Shown here: positions 30,129-40,130 of the stretch, piece after piece
Numbering within the stretch: position 1 is the first letter of the stretch
How the letters are laid out: each line of letters starts with the position of its first letter
NCBI GenBank assembly: GCA_963741955.1
Contig: CAVUKB010000005.1
Span: 128,001-192,000, forward strand
Origin: an uncultured Acidobacteriota bacterium
Lineage (GTDB): Bacteria > Acidobacteriota > Thermoanaerobaculia > Gp7-AA8
DNA length: 64,000 nt
Direction: 5' to 3'
Position numbers and translations under genes: made by a program
The notes under the pieces: generated by a model
The model's database searches: none
What the model saw: the letters and a program-made list of their open reading frames with translations, nothing else
Told to the model about the DNA's origin: nothing

Positions 30129-32447
30129 ATGCGCATTCTCACCCGCTACATCATTCGGGAGATGACCACGCCGACCCTCCTGGGCTTCGGCTTCTACACG
30201 TTCATCATCCTCATGAAGACCATCTTCGAGCTCGCGGAGATGATCATCCGGCGCTCGCTCCCGTTCTCCACCGTGCTGAAACTCCTCGGGCTTTCGCTTC
30301 CGTGGATCGTGGTGCTGACCATTCCGATGTCGCTCCTGTTCGGGATCCTCATCGCGGTCGGACGGCTCTCGGCCGACTCGGAGATCATCGCCATGCGCGC
30401 CTCCGGAATCTCCACGAGCTCGATCTACCTCCCGGTCTTCCTCTTCTCGTTCGCGGTCTTCGGGGTGAACCTCTACCTGATGAATGTGGTCGTGCCGCAC
30501 GGCAACACGGCGCTCCAGTCGCTCAAGAGCCAGATCGTGAGCTCCGCGGTGGAACGGGAGATCAAGCCACACGTCTTCTACGACGAATTCGACAACCGGG
30601 TCATTTACGTCAACGACGTCGACCCGGCGGTGAACCTCTGGAAAGGCGTCTTCGTCTCCGACCGTTCCGAGAACGGGCGCCAGAAGGTCATCGTGGCTGA
30701 AAGCGGCCGCCTCTCGCGGCTCCATGGACAGGTCTGGCTCGACCTGTACAACGCCGAGACGCACGTCTACAGCCCCGAGAAACGCGACCGGTACGAAGTC
30801 AACCGCAACGCGATGCAGCGGGTTCTCCTGGTGGAGAGCTCCCCAGGGCCCGATCACGAACGCTCCCGTTCGTTCCGGGAGATGACCATCCCCGAGCTGG
30901 TGCGGGAGGTCCGTCATGCGCGGTCGGTCGACGACCCCATCGACGCCCGTCTCGCGTCGGTCGAGATCCACAAGAAGCTCTCGATCCCGTTTGCCTGCCT
31001 CGCCTTCGGAATCGTCGGACTCCCGCTCGGCATCACCAACCGCCGTGGGGGCAAGAGCTCCGGATTCTCCCTCAGTATCGGGATCATTCTTTTCTATTAC
31101 GTGATCATCAACGCCGGCGAAGACATGGCGCGTCAGGGCCGGATGCCGGCTTTTCTCGCGATGTGGATTCCGAATCTCGCGCTGATCCTCTTCGGGATCT
31201 ACCTCATACGCCGGGCGAATGCAGAGATGGGACGCCGGAGCCGCTTCCGCTTCGTCGAGCGTTTCAGTACATTCTTCTCACGAATCCGGGCCCGACGGCG
31301 GGAGGCGCGGAGCGCCGAGGATCGGCCTCCGCTCCTCTCTCGACTCGATATCGCCTTTCCGAACACCCTCGACCGCTACATCCTTCGCGAGTTCACGAAG
31401 ATCATGCTGATGGTCCTGATCTCGTCACTCCTCCTCTTCGTGATCGTCGACTACAGCACGGAGATCGCAGGAAACGTCACTGAGCACAAGATTCCACTCG
31501 CGGTGGTGGTCTCCTACTACCGCTACTTCGTGATCCAGATCCTCCACTGGGTCCTGCCGGTCTCGGTGCTGCTGGGGACGGTGATCACGTTCGGGATCTT
31601 CTCGAAAAACAACGAGGTGACGGCTGCGAAAGCGAACGGGATCTCGCTCTACCGGATCGCGTTGCCGGTCGTCATCGTCGCTGCCCTGATGAGCCTTCTG
31701 TCGTACACGATGCTCGATTTCGTCCTCCCGTACGCCAACGAGCGCGTGGCCCGGCTGAAAGATCAGATCGAAGGGAAACAGACCGCGCGCACCTTCTCCG
31801 TCCGGCAGCGGCAGTGGATCTTCGGGAAGGGCCGCTACATGTTCAACTTCCTCTCCTACGACCGGACGAACCAGACCCTCTCACAGGTCCAGGTGTTCGA
31901 GTTCGACCCGGTGTCGTTCCGGCTCACCCGCCGCGTCTGGGCCGAGGAAGCACGGTTCGACGGTGTCGGCTGGGTGTTCGTGGACGGCTGGATCCGTTCA
32001 TTCGGTGACGACGGGACCTCTTCCTACACGCCGATCGTCTCGCCGGTCCGGCTCCACTACCCGGAAAGGCCGGAGTACTTTGCGCTCGAGGCCCGCAAGC
32101 CCGACCAGATGAATTACGCGCAGCTCCGGCATTACATTCAGACTCTCAAGTCCTCCGGGTATTCGTCGGACGAGCTCTCCGTGAAGTTGTACGAGAAAAC
32201 GTCGTGGCCGTTCATCAGCCTGGTGATGGCGCTGATCGCCCTCCCCTTCTCATTCAGGATCGGGAAGCGGGGCGCGCTCTACGGGATCGGAATCGCGCTC
32301 TTCCTCGCGTTCATCTATTGGACGATCTTCGGAGTCTTCACCAAGTTCGGCGAGGTGGGCAACTTTCCGGCGATACTGTCCGCCTGGAGCGCCAACATCC
32401 TCTTCGGCCTGGCCGCGGTCTACCTCTTCCTTCGAGTCGAGACCTGA
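30129..32447 (+). CDS. Fused LptF-LptG LPS export permease
   Basis: Two tandem YjgP/YjgQ modules (RILTRYI..GRLSADSEIIAMRASG; LDRYILRE..NNEVTAAKANGISLYR). Confidence 0.9.
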   Translation: MRILTRYIIREMTTPTLLGFGFYTFIILMKTIFELAEMIIRRSLPFSTVLKLLGLSLPWIVVLTIPMSLLFGILIAVGRLSADSEIIAMRASGISTSSIYLPVFLFSFAVFGVNLYLMNVVVPHGNTALQSLKSQIVSSAVEREIKPHVFYDEFDNRVIYVNDVDPAVNLWKGVFVSDRSENGRQKVIVAESGRLSRLHGQVWLDLYNAETHVYSPEKRDRYEVNRNAMQRVLLVESSPGPDHERSRSFREMTIPELVREVRHARSVDDPIDARLASVEIHKKLSIPFACLAFGIVGLPLGITNRRGGKSSGFSLSIGIILFYYVIINAGEDMARQGRMPAFLAMWIPNLALILFGIYLIRRANAEMGRRSRFRFVERFSTFFSRIRARRREARSAEDRPPLLSRLDIAFPNTLDRYILREFTKIMLMVLISSLLLFVIVDYSTEIAGNVTEHKIPLAVVVSYYRYFVIQILHWVLPVSVLLGTVITFGIFSKNNEVTAAKANGISLYRIALPVVIVAALMSLLSYTMLDFVLPYANERVARLKDQIEGKQTARTFSVRQRQWIFGKGRYMFNFLSYDRTNQTLSQVQVFEFDPVSFRLTRRVWAEEARFDGVGWVFVDGWIRSFGDDGTSSYTPIVSPVRLHYPERPEYFALEARKPDQMNYAQLRHYIQTLKSSGYSSDELSVKLYEKTSWPFISLVMALIALPFSFRIGKRGALYGIGIALFLAFIYWTIFGVFTKFGEVGNFPAILSAWSANILFGLAAVYLFLRVET

Positions 32448-32520
32448 CCCCTTTTCCGGAGACATGACCCTGCATCTGGAGATCTGACCCCGCTTCTGGA
32501 GACGTGACCCTGCAGGAGGA
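32439..32520. repeat. 4 x 20-bp tandem repeat with core GAGAyNTGACCC
   Basis: Core at 32439, 32459, 32479 and 32499, between convergent lptFG and pckA. Confidence 0.85.
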
Positions 32521-32540
32521 TGGTCGAATTGCGGGCCCGT

Positions 32541-34100
32541 TCAGACCGCCTGGACGATGACCGGATTCAGTCCCGGCCACTTCGCGAGATACTCGCGCCG
32601 CTCCCGGGCGTACTTCTCGACCAGCTTCCGGTATTCCTCGATTCTCCCCTGCCGCTCGTACATCTTCTTCGGCTGGAGGTAATCGGAGTCGTCGATCCCC
32701 GGGACGACCGTGGCGACGTCGTACCCGAAGTCTTCGTCCCGCGTCCATTCGATGGTTCCTTCGGCGATCGCCTTCACCACCGCGCTGGAGTGCTGGATCT
32801 TCACCTTCTTCGAGCGCTCGTCGTTCTCCCCTCCGCCGATCCGTCCCGTGTTGAGAAGGAAGACCTGCATCGGGCTGTTCTCGAGGAGCTCCAGCATCCG
32901 GTTCCCCTGAAACGCGTGGAGCAGAGGGAAGAACGGATTGGTGCCGGGCACCCGGAGCGATTTCCCTGCTTCGGCGGCTCCGCCGGCGCTGGTTCCCTTC
33001 GTCTCACCGAGCATGAAGAACGCCGCCGCCTGAGCCCCTTCCAGCCGTGCCACTGTGGGAATGATGTTCTCGTTGCGGTTGAGGATGAGGAGGAAATCGG
33101 CCTTCGACATCTCCCGGGCATCTCCTGCACCCTGAATGTCGGCCATCCGGATCACCGCGCGTCCGTTCTGGGTGTAGGAGGTGTCGAAGAAATCGACCTT
33201 CCCCTCCTCGTCCTGTGACACGTTCTCCAGATACGCGTGCGGTGACGTGCACGCGCGATAGATGGTCGGCTCGTCCGCCTCGCTCAGACCGAACGTCTTC
33301 GCGAAGCAGCCGTTCTCGGTGGCGTAGACCTTTCCTTCCGGCATCAGGCCGACGAAGTCGTCCTGCACCGGCTGGGAGTCGTTCTGTTTCGTGAACGTGG
33401 TGGTCGTCTTTCCGGTCCCGGAGAGGCCGACGATCAGGAGCACCTTCTTTTCGTCGCCCACCGGGATGATCTTGCAGCCGGCATGAAGAGCGAGCCCCCC
33501 GCGCTCGTAGACCAGGCGGTTCCACATCCGGAGCCCGCCCTTCTTCGATTCGCCGAAGTAGTCGGAGTTGAAGACGCGGGTGACGTTGTTCTCGAGGTCG
33601 ACCGCGATGAGACGGTCGTCGGGATATCCGGGCATCGGAAGATTCGGCGTGTAGATCACCGTCAGCTGGGGCTCGAATCGATCGCGATCCGCTTCGCTCG
33701 CCGGGTAATAGAGGATCTGCTGCATCGCGGCGATGTTGGCGTTCGCCGTCTCGATGATCAGGCGGGCAGCGACGCGAAACGACGGATCGTTGCCGATGAA
33801 CCCGTCGATCACCACCATTTCACGATCCCGAATGTACTCGTCCTGGATCGCCGAGACGCGGTCGAACTCCGCGCGGGGCATGGTCTGGTCGGAATGACGG
33901 GATGGGTCGTCCGTGGCGATGTACGTCGAGAGCTTGCTCCGCGAGACCACTCGGGTGCCGACGTTCAGGTTTCCGAATTCGGTCTCTCTCGCATTCGGCA
34001 TGGCGGAGGCCATCTGACGCAGCTCTTCGCGCGTCGGATTCCACACCACGTTCCTCGGGGTCACGGGAAGCTTCTTCGATTCGGTTGCCAGTTCGCTCAT
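32541..34100 (-). CDS. pckA: PEP carboxykinase (ATP)
   Basis: YFGESKKG, LHAGC, GLSGTGKTT, QDD, ENGCFAK, NGRA, LLNTG; GAGGAG before ATG34100. Confidence 0.9.
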   Translation of the reverse strand: MSELATESKKLPVTPRNVVWNPTREELRQMASAMPNARETEFGNLNVGTRVVSRSKLSTYIATDDPSRHSDQTMPRAEFDRVSAIQDEYIRDREMVVIDGFIGNDPSFRVAARLIIETANANIAAMQQILYYPASEADRDRFEPQLTVIYTPNLPMPGYPDDRLIAVDLENNVTRVFNSDYFGESKKGGLRMWNRLVYERGGLALHAGCKIIPVGDEKKVLLIVGLSGTGKTTTTFTKQNDSQPVQDDFVGLMPEGKVYATENGCFAKTFGLSEADEPTIYRACTSPHAYLENVSQDEEGKVDFFDTSYTQNGRAVIRMADIQGAGDAREMSKADFLLILNRNENIIPTVARLEGAQAAAFFMLGETKGTSAGGAAEAGKSLRVPGTNPFFPLLHAFQGNRMLELLENSPMQVFLLNTGRIGGGENDERSKKVKIQHSSAVVKAIAEGTIEWTRDEDFGYDVATVVPGIDDSDYLQPKKMYERQGRIEEYRKLVEKYARERREYLAKWPGLNPVIVQAV

Positions 34101-34328
34101 GAACTCCTCATCTTTCGTCGGTCTCATGGTGGCGCTCGACATCTCTCGTTCGACCCGGGTCCTCACGGCGGCGCCGGCCGTTGCTGTGTGCGGAGTCGAG
34201 GTGAATGAGTTCGTTTGCAAAGCCTGAACCGTCGACAGCGAAGGAACTGGCCCGCCTGAACCCGTATCCGTCCGGAGACGGCCTCCGGGCCGATGCGCGC
34301 CACGCTCGGAATCACGACACCACCAGGG

Positions 34329-34355
34329 AAAAAGCGTCCGGCGGGACGGGACGCT
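34329..34355 (-). terminator. Terminator-like hairpin in the pckA upstream region
   Basis: Minus strand AGCGTCC-loop-GGACGCT followed by a T run. Confidence 0.5.
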
Positions 34356-34481
34356 CCGCTGCGAACGAGGCTCCTGCAAGCCTCCAACTCCCTACTTCTT
34401 TTAAACGATCGGACTCTTCGGGTCAAGTCGGCTGCTCGCCGGGACTTCTCTTTTTCACGTTCGCCAGTACAATGACGCCCA

Positions 34482-35483
34482 ATGAGCGATTCGGAAAAGT
34501 CGGCCGCCGCAGAGGCCATGACGCATCCCTCGATTCTGGAGGCCCGTCGCGTCCTGGAAGTCGAATCGGCCGCCATTCTCGGGCTCATCGATGGGCTCGA
34601 CGACCAGTTCGTCGGCGCCGTCGAGCTGATCCGAGGCTCCACCGGACGCGTCGTCACCATGGGGATGGGGAAGTCGGGAATCATCTGCAAGAAGATCAGC
34701 GCAACTCTCGCCTCGACCGGCACCCCTTCGCATTTTCTCCACCCCGCCGAAGCGATCCACGGCGATCTCGGGATGATCGTCCGCGGAGACGTGGTCCTGG
34801 CCGTCTCCAACTCCGGAGAAACGGAAGAGATCGTCCGGCTGATCGAAGTGATCAAACGACTCGGCGTGACGTTGATCTCGATCACCGGAAACGCGCGGTC
34901 GACGCTCGCACGTAATTCCGATTTCCACCTCTCCGCCGCGATCTCTCGCGAAGCCTGTCCGCTCGGCCTCGCTCCGACCGCATCGACGACCGCGACTCTG
35001 GCGCTCGGCGACGCCCTGGCGATGGCCCTCCTGATCCGGAAGGGATTTCGCGAAGAGGATTTCGCGATCCTCCATCCCGGAGGCAAGCTCGGCAAGAGAT
35101 TTCTCAAGGTCAGTGACCTGATGCACACCGGAGACGATGTTCCGTCCGTGCCTCTCGACGCGCCGATGCGGGACGTGATCTACGAAATGTCGAAGAAGAG
35201 TTTCGGCATCACCGCAGTGGTGGAGAATGGCGCGAAGCTCGTCGGGGTGATCTCCGACGGCGACCTCCGCCGCCTCCTGCAGAGCGATGACGAGGTGATC
35301 CGCCTGACGGCCGGCGAAGCGATGAAGGAGCATCCCCTCACCATCGCCGGAGGCGCGCTCGCGTCTGCCGCACTTCAGATCATGGAGAATCGCAAAATCA
35401 CATCGCTCTTCATCACCACCGAGGAAGGAGCGCTCGAGGGAATCGTTCACCTTCACGATCTCTGGGGCCTGGAGCTCTTCTGA
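34482..35483 (+). CDS. kdsD: Arabinose-5-phosphate isomerase (KpsF/GutQ)
   Basis: GMGKSG, HPAEAIHGDLG, SNSGETEE, HPGG.LG, two CBS domains. Confidence 0.95.
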   Translation: MSDSEKSAAAEAMTHPSILEARRVLEVESAAILGLIDGLDDQFVGAVELIRGSTGRVVTMGMGKSGIICKKISATLASTGTPSHFLHPAEAIHGDLGMIVRGDVVLAVSNSGETEEIVRLIEVIKRLGVTLISITGNARSTLARNSDFHLSAAISREACPLGLAPTASTTATLALGDALAMALLIRKGFREEDFAILHPGGKLGKRFLKVSDLMHTGDDVPSVPLDAPMRDVIYEMSKKSFGITAVVENGAKLVGVISDGDLRRLLQSDDEVIRLTAGEAMKEHPLTIAGGALASAALQIMENRKITSLFITTEEGALEGIVHLHDLWGLELF

Positions 35484-35875
35484 TGACCGATATGAATTCA
35501 GCGGATTCGTCACGGCAGGAAACAGTACTCAGGTTTCGAGACGGAAGCACCGAACGGCTGACCGGAGTTCTTTCGATCGATCGCGAAGAGCAGGTCGTAT
35601 CGGTCGAGGCGGGCGACTCGCCGAGGCCGATCCCCTTCTCCAGTTTGAAGGCGGTCTTCTTCCTCCGGTCCGGTACGGAATCGGCACTCGAGCCCCCCGA
35701 GGGGGGAATCACCCTCTCGGTCGAGTTCGACGACGGCGAAGTCATCCGCGGAGTTTCCCCCGATTACTCTCCTCAGCGGTCGGGGTTCTTTCTGGTACCT
35801 TTCGATCGGAGCAAAACCGATTCGATTTTTGTTGTGAACTCCGCGATTGTTTCGATCGAGATCGAAAAATTCTGA
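35483..35875 (+). CDS. Hypothetical protein (DUF6982-like)
   Basis: LKAVFF, VEF.DGEVIRG, GFFLVP motifs; translationally coupled to kdsD. Confidence 0.65.
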   Translation: MTDMNSADSSRQETVLRFRDGSTERLTGVLSIDREEQVVSVEAGDSPRPIPFSSLKAVFFLRSGTESALEPPEGGITLSVEFDDGEVIRGVSPDYSPQRSGFFLVPFDRSKTDSIFVVNSAIVSIEIEKF

Positions 35876-35924
35876 CGATCGACCACGGCCTCCCTTCGGA
35901 GCCGTGGCTCATGACACGGGTGAC

Positions 35925-36542
35925 ATGAAGAAACTCCTCTTTTCATCAATTCTGTTGTTCGCTCTTCCCTTCTCCCTTTTTGCGGACGAGCTTGCGAACA
36001 TCGACGCCGCTCTCAGGAGCGCGGCGGGGCTGACCGCCTCGTTTACCCAGAAGTTCACACCGAAGGGATTTCACCACGTCCAGATCGAGAAGGGTGACGT
36101 CGTCTTCGGCGCTCCGCCGAAGATGCGGTGGACCTACCGGACGCCGGAGAAGAAAGTGTTCGTCTTCGACGGCGAGACTTCCTGGTCCTACGTCCCGGAG
36201 GAGCGACAGGTGACGGTGACCCATGTTGGCGAGGCGCAGAGGAAAGAGATCCCGTTTCTCCTCCTCGCCGATTCGGCGACTGCCAGCCGCCAGTTCGAGG
36301 TCTCTGAGTCGCGTTCGGGCGAAGGGATCACCACTCGCCTCGTCGCGAAGGATCCCGGAGCGATGATCCGGAACGTCGCGATCATTTCCGACCCGAAGAG
36401 CCACCGGGTCAGCCGTCTCGAATACGACGACCGCCAGGGGAATCACACCGTTTTCGAATTCTCCGGCTACCGGGACGTGAAGCCGGGTAACGATGCGTTC
36501 GACTTCGTCCCGCCGGCCGGTGTCGAGGTGGTCCGCAACTGA
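35925..36542 (+). CDS. lolA: Outer-membrane lipoprotein carrier LolA
   Basis: Signal peptide, A.FTQ, KMRW.Y..PE, DG...W.YVP, F.F.PPAGVEV. Confidence 0.88.
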   Translation: MKKLLFSSILLFALPFSLFADELANIDAALRSAAGLTASFTQKFTPKGFHHVQIEKGDVVFGAPPKMRWTYRTPEKKVFVFDGETSWSYVPEERQVTVTHVGEAQRKEIPFLLLADSATASRQFEVSESRSGEGITTRLVAKDPGAMIRNVAIISDPKSHRVSRLEYDDRQGNHTVFEFSGYRDVKPGNDAFDFVPPAGVEVVRN

Positions 36543-36583
36543 GAAATGCCGCCATGTTCGGCGGCGAGAGCACAGGAGATTGA

Positions 36584-37078
36584 ATGGCGCAGGAATTTTC
36601 GTTCGACGTCGTATCGAAGACCGACATGCAGGAAGTCTCGAATGCCATCCAGCAGGCGAAGAAGGAGCTCGCCAACCGCTTCGACTTCAAAGGGAGCAAG
36701 TCGGAGATCGAGCTGAAGGCCGACGAGATCGTCCTGGTCAGCGACGATGCACAGAAGCTCAAGAGCGTTCGGGACATCCTGGAAGACAAGCTCGTGAAAC
36801 GGAAGGTCGCGCTCAAGGCCATCGACTATCAGAAGGTCGACGACGCTGCGCTCGGCACAGTCCGTCAGGCTGCGAAGATCGTTCAAGGCATCGAGTCGGA
36901 GAAGGCGAAGGCGATCGTCAAAGCCATCAAGGACCAGAAGCTGAAGGTTCAGGCTTCGATTCAGGGCGATCAGGTCCGGATCGTCGGGAAGAGCAAGGAT
37001 CAGCTCCAGACCGCGATTCAGCTCATCCGCGACCATGATTTCGGCATCCCGCTGCAGTTCATCAACTATCGTGGTTGA
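36584..37078 (+). CDS. yajQ: YajQ-family cyclic-di-GMP/nucleotide-binding protein
   Basis: SFDVVS, NRFDFKG, KVQASIQGDQVR, LQF.NYR. Confidence 0.95.
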   Translation: MAQEFSFDVVSKTDMQEVSNAIQQAKKELANRFDFKGSKSEIELKADEIVLVSDDAQKLKSVRDILEDKLVKRKVALKAIDYQKVDDAALGTVRQAAKIVQGIESEKAKAIVKAIKDQKLKVQASIQGDQVRIVGKSKDQLQTAIQLIRDHDFGIPLQFINYRG

Positions 37079-37153
37079 TCCGTTCGAGCAATGGGGGACG
37101 GATCGGGAGAGGTCGCGCTTTTCACCGTCCCGCGAATCCGGTATTCTTCCGCG

Positions 37154-38173
37154 GTGACCATCCCAGGCGCAGGCATATCGGCCGCGAACCAGACCGCCAG
37201 TCGAATCGAACGCTATCTCGACATCGTCGCGCCCAAGCTTCTGCAGGTTGAAGAGGAGCTTCGGAAGAAATTCGATTCCGACGTGCTGACGATCCGGGAA
37301 GTCGGTGACCACGTTCTCGAAGGCGGAGGAAAGCGTCTTCGCCCCATGCTCGTCCTTCTCGTCTCCGACATGCTCGGGTACGAAGGTTCGCGCGACATCA
37401 CGTTCGCCGCGGTGATCGAATTCATCCACACCGCCACTCTCGTCCACGACGACATCATCGACGAGGCGGCGGTCCGCCGTGGCAAGACTTCCGTCAACTA
37501 CCGCTGGGGCAACCACCTCACGGTCCTGATCGGCGACTTCCTCTACGCCCACGCGATGGACATCGGTCTCGAGGACGGAGGGGTGGACGTTCTCCGACTC
37601 CTGTCGAAGGTCACCATCCGCATGACCGAGGGAGAGATCCTCGGGCTGGAAAGAAACGGTCGCGCCGACCTCACCCTGGACGACTATTTCGACATCGTCG
37701 AACGCAAGACTGCGGCTCTTTTCGCCGCCAGCTGCCGCATCGGCGCACTTCTCACCAAGGAGTCGGAGGACGTCGGCCGGCGCCTCTGGGACTACGGCCT
37801 GAATCTCGGCATTTGCTTCCAGCTCGTCGACGACCTTCTCGATTTCACCTCCAGCACGGAGGTCCTCGGGAAGCCGGTCCTCGCCGATCTGAAGGAAGGG
37901 AAGCTCACCCTTCCACTGATTCTCGCGCTTCCGCAGGCCACACCCGAAGAACGGCAGATGATCGAGCGCGTGCTGTCGGAGAAGACTTTCGGCGATCTCG
38001 ATCCGACCGACATCGTCTCGATCGCGAACCGATACGGATCGATCGACGAAACGCGCGTGATCGCACGGGAGTACGCGGATCGTGCGCGGGAGGCGATCTC
38101 CATCTTCCCCTCCTCGCGTTCGCTGGAAGCGCTGGAATGGGCAGTCGATTTCGTTCTGAGTCGCGACCGCTGA
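37154..38173 (+). CDS. Long-chain polyprenyl-diphosphate synthase (IspB/HepT-like)
   Basis: GGKRLRP, HTATLVHDDIID, FQLVDDLLD, DLKEGKLTLP; start uncertain. Confidence 0.9.
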   Translation: MTIPGAGISAANQTASRIERYLDIVAPKLLQVEEELRKKFDSDVLTIREVGDHVLEGGGKRLRPMLVLLVSDMLGYEGSRDITFAAVIEFIHTATLVHDDIIDEAAVRRGKTSVNYRWGNHLTVLIGDFLYAHAMDIGLEDGGVDVLRLLSKVTIRMTEGEILGLERNGRADLTLDDYFDIVERKTAALFAASCRIGALLTKESEDVGRRLWDYGLNLGICFQLVDDLLDFTSSTEVLGKPVLADLKEGKLTLPLILALPQATPEERQMIERVLSEKTFGDLDPTDIVSIANRYGSIDETRVIAREYADRAREAISIFPSSRSLEALEWAVDFVLSRDR

Positions 38174-38185
38174 CGCGCTTCATCC

Positions 38186-38214
38186 TTGACCCCGCCGGGC
38201 AAGCACCTTAAGAT
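38186..38214 (+). promoter_or_regulatory. Sigma70-like promoter
   Basis: TTGACC-17 bp-TAAGAT upstream of the TPR gene. Confidence 0.55.
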
Positions 38215-38259
38215 ATTCGCAGTCAACGATTAGTCTGAACGCTGGGGAGGGTGTGACGG

Positions 38260-38640
38260 ATGCAGCGTGAAGCCGGTCAATCGAGCGTGTCCACGGGTCG
38301 CCGCCTTCTCTCGGCTCTGCTGACCCACCTGCCGGGCGCGTGGATTCAACCCTCCAATCGGGAGCTCAAGTCGCTCTATCGCGTGCACTACGAGCGCGCG
38401 CTCGCGGAGCAGCGCTACGACTCAGCGATGATCTTCCTCAACAAGATGCTGGAAGCCGATCCGCACGATCTCGAAGCGCGCCTCCTGGTCGGAGAGCTGT
38501 ACCACCGGCATCTTCACGACTACGATCGCGCAGTCGAGCAGTACAACAAAGTCCTGCGTCTCACCTCGGGTGTCCGCTCGTCGCCGATTCACACGCGTGC
38601 GCGGGTCTCGCTCTCCGAGCTGATCGAACTGCTGAGTTGA
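38260..38640 (+). CDS. Small TPR-repeat protein
   Basis: GGGAGG RBS; TPR-like pattern (YDSA...L..DP...EARL..GELY...DYDRAVEQY). Confidence 0.7.
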   Translation: MQREAGQSSVSTGRRLLSALLTHLPGAWIQPSNRELKSLYRVHYERALAEQRYDSAMIFLNKMLEADPHDLEARLLVGELYHRHLHDYDRAVEQYNKVLRLTSGVRSSPIHTRARVSLSELIELLS

Positions 38641-38654
38641 GCTACCATTCCGGA

Positions 38655-39131
38655 ATGCGAACTGCCGTCTATCCCGGCTCCTTCGATCCGATCACCTTCG
38701 GACACCTCGACATCATCCGCCGCGGCACGCGAATGTTCGACCGAGTGGTGGTGGCAGTGCTGCAGAACGAAGAGAAGCGGGCCCTCTTCCCGGTCGGGGA
38801 ACGGATCGAGATGATCCGCGAGTCCACCGCGGACCTTCCGCAGGTGGACATCCAGCACTTCAGCGGCCTCCTGGTCAACTTCATGAAGACCATCGACGCG
38901 CACGTGGTGGTGCGAGGCATCCGAGCGGTCTCCGATTTCGAATACGAGTTCCAGATGGCACTCATGAATCGAGCTCTCGCTCCGGAAGTGGAGACCATCT
39001 TCATGATGCCGGCGGTCGAGTACACGTATGTCTCCTCGCGGCTGGTGAAGGAAGTGTTCCGGCTCGGAGGAAACGTCGAGCACCTCGTCCCCGCGCACGT
39101 TCTCGCCCGGATGAAGGAAAAGTTCGCCTGA
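38655..39131 (+). CDS. coaD: Phosphopantetheine adenylyltransferase
   Basis: YPGSFDPITFGH, RGIRAVSDFEYEFQMA, SSRLVKE. Confidence 0.97.
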   Translation: MRTAVYPGSFDPITFGHLDIIRRGTRMFDRVVVAVLQNEEKRALFPVGERIEMIRESTADLPQVDIQHFSGLLVNFMKTIDAHVVVRGIRAVSDFEYEFQMALMNRALAPEVETIFMMPAVEYTYVSSRLVKEVFRLGGNVEHLVPAHVLARMKEKFA

Positions 39132-39143
39132 GCGCGCGGCTGA

Positions 39144-40130
39144 TCAGATCCCGCGGAGGGTCGGATCGAGCGCTTCCCGGAACCGGTCGCCGATGAGGTG
39201 ACAGGCGGCGACGGTCAGGAAGATCGCGACGCCGGGGAAGAGTGCCAGCCACCACGCGTGACCGACGAACTGGTTCGCCGCGGAGAGAATGCTTCCCCAC
39301 GACGGCATCGGCAGAGGAACTCCGAATCCGAGGAACGAGAGGGCCGATTCCACCAGAATCGCGGATGCGACTCCGAAGCTCGCGGAGACGACCACCGGCG
39401 CGAGCGCGTTCGGCAGGATGTGCCGGAACATGATCCGTACGTCCCCTGCGCCGGTCGCCCTCGCCGCCTGCGCAAATTCCATCTCCCGCACCTTCAGGAA
39501 CTCTCCTCGTATGAATCGCGCCTCGTTCGGCCATCCGGTGATCCCCAGTGCAATGACGATGGTCAGTACCGAAGGCCGCATCAGGGCCACGATCGCCAGC
39601 ACCAGCACGAGCAGAGGGAAACAGAGGACGATCTCGATCAGCCGCGAGATGATCCAGTCCACTCCCCCGCCGTAGTAGCCTGCAAGGGATCCAAGGAGAA
39701 TTCCAACCAGCAGCGCGATTGCCGTCGCACAGACACCGACCGTGACCGAGACCCGTGATCCGTGGATCATCCGTGACAGGACGTCCCGTCCCAGCTCGTC
39801 CGTCCCGAGCAGGTGACTCTTCGATGGAGGCTCGAGGCGCCGCGTGAGATCGATCGAATTCGGCGAGAACGGCACTGGAGCGTGCACCACCATCGCACCC
39901 GCCCCCGCCGATCGGACCAGCGCGTCGGCTGCCAGCCGGTTTCGCAGGAAAGGAAGAACCCATCCACTGCGCGTGTGCATCGCGAGCGGTTCGTCATTCG
40001 CCAGGAGAGGCGCGATGAGCGCGACGAGCACCAGAGCGGCGAGGTAGACCGCAGCGAGCCGCACCGCGACCCGCGACGCGCGGAATCCATAGTCGTTCAC
40101 CCCGAGCTCATCGGCTCTCGACGGGGTCAT
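39144..40130 (-). CDS. Oligopeptide ABC permease OppC/DppC
   Basis: HLLGTDELGRDVLSR, AARATGA, HILPN, ESALSFLG; ATGA overlap with oppB. Confidence 0.92.
   Translation of the reverse strand: MTPSRADELGVNDYGFRASRVAVRLAAVYLAALVLVALIAPLLANDEPLAMHTRSGWVLPFLRNRLAADALVRSAGAGAMVVHAPVPFSPNSIDLTRRLEPPSKSHLLGTDELGRDVLSRMIHGSRVSVTVGVCATAIALLVGILLGSLAGYYGGGVDWIISRLIEIVLCFPLLVLVLAIVALMRPSVLTIVIALGITGWPNEARFIRGEFLKVREMEFAQAARATGAGDVRIMFRHILPNALAPVVVSASFGVASAILVESALSFLGFGVPLPMPSWGSILSAANQFVGHAWWLALFPGVAIFLTVAACHLIGDRFREALDPTLRGI

Noticed and set aside
32439-32520. CRISPR array
   Set aside because: Period is only 20 bp with 8-bp spacers, and no cas genes are present
34160-34330. 6S RNA call
   Set aside because: Size and closing helix fit, but I could not build the central bubble and rod, and the usual zapA/ygfA/rny context is absent; kept only as an unknown structured RNA
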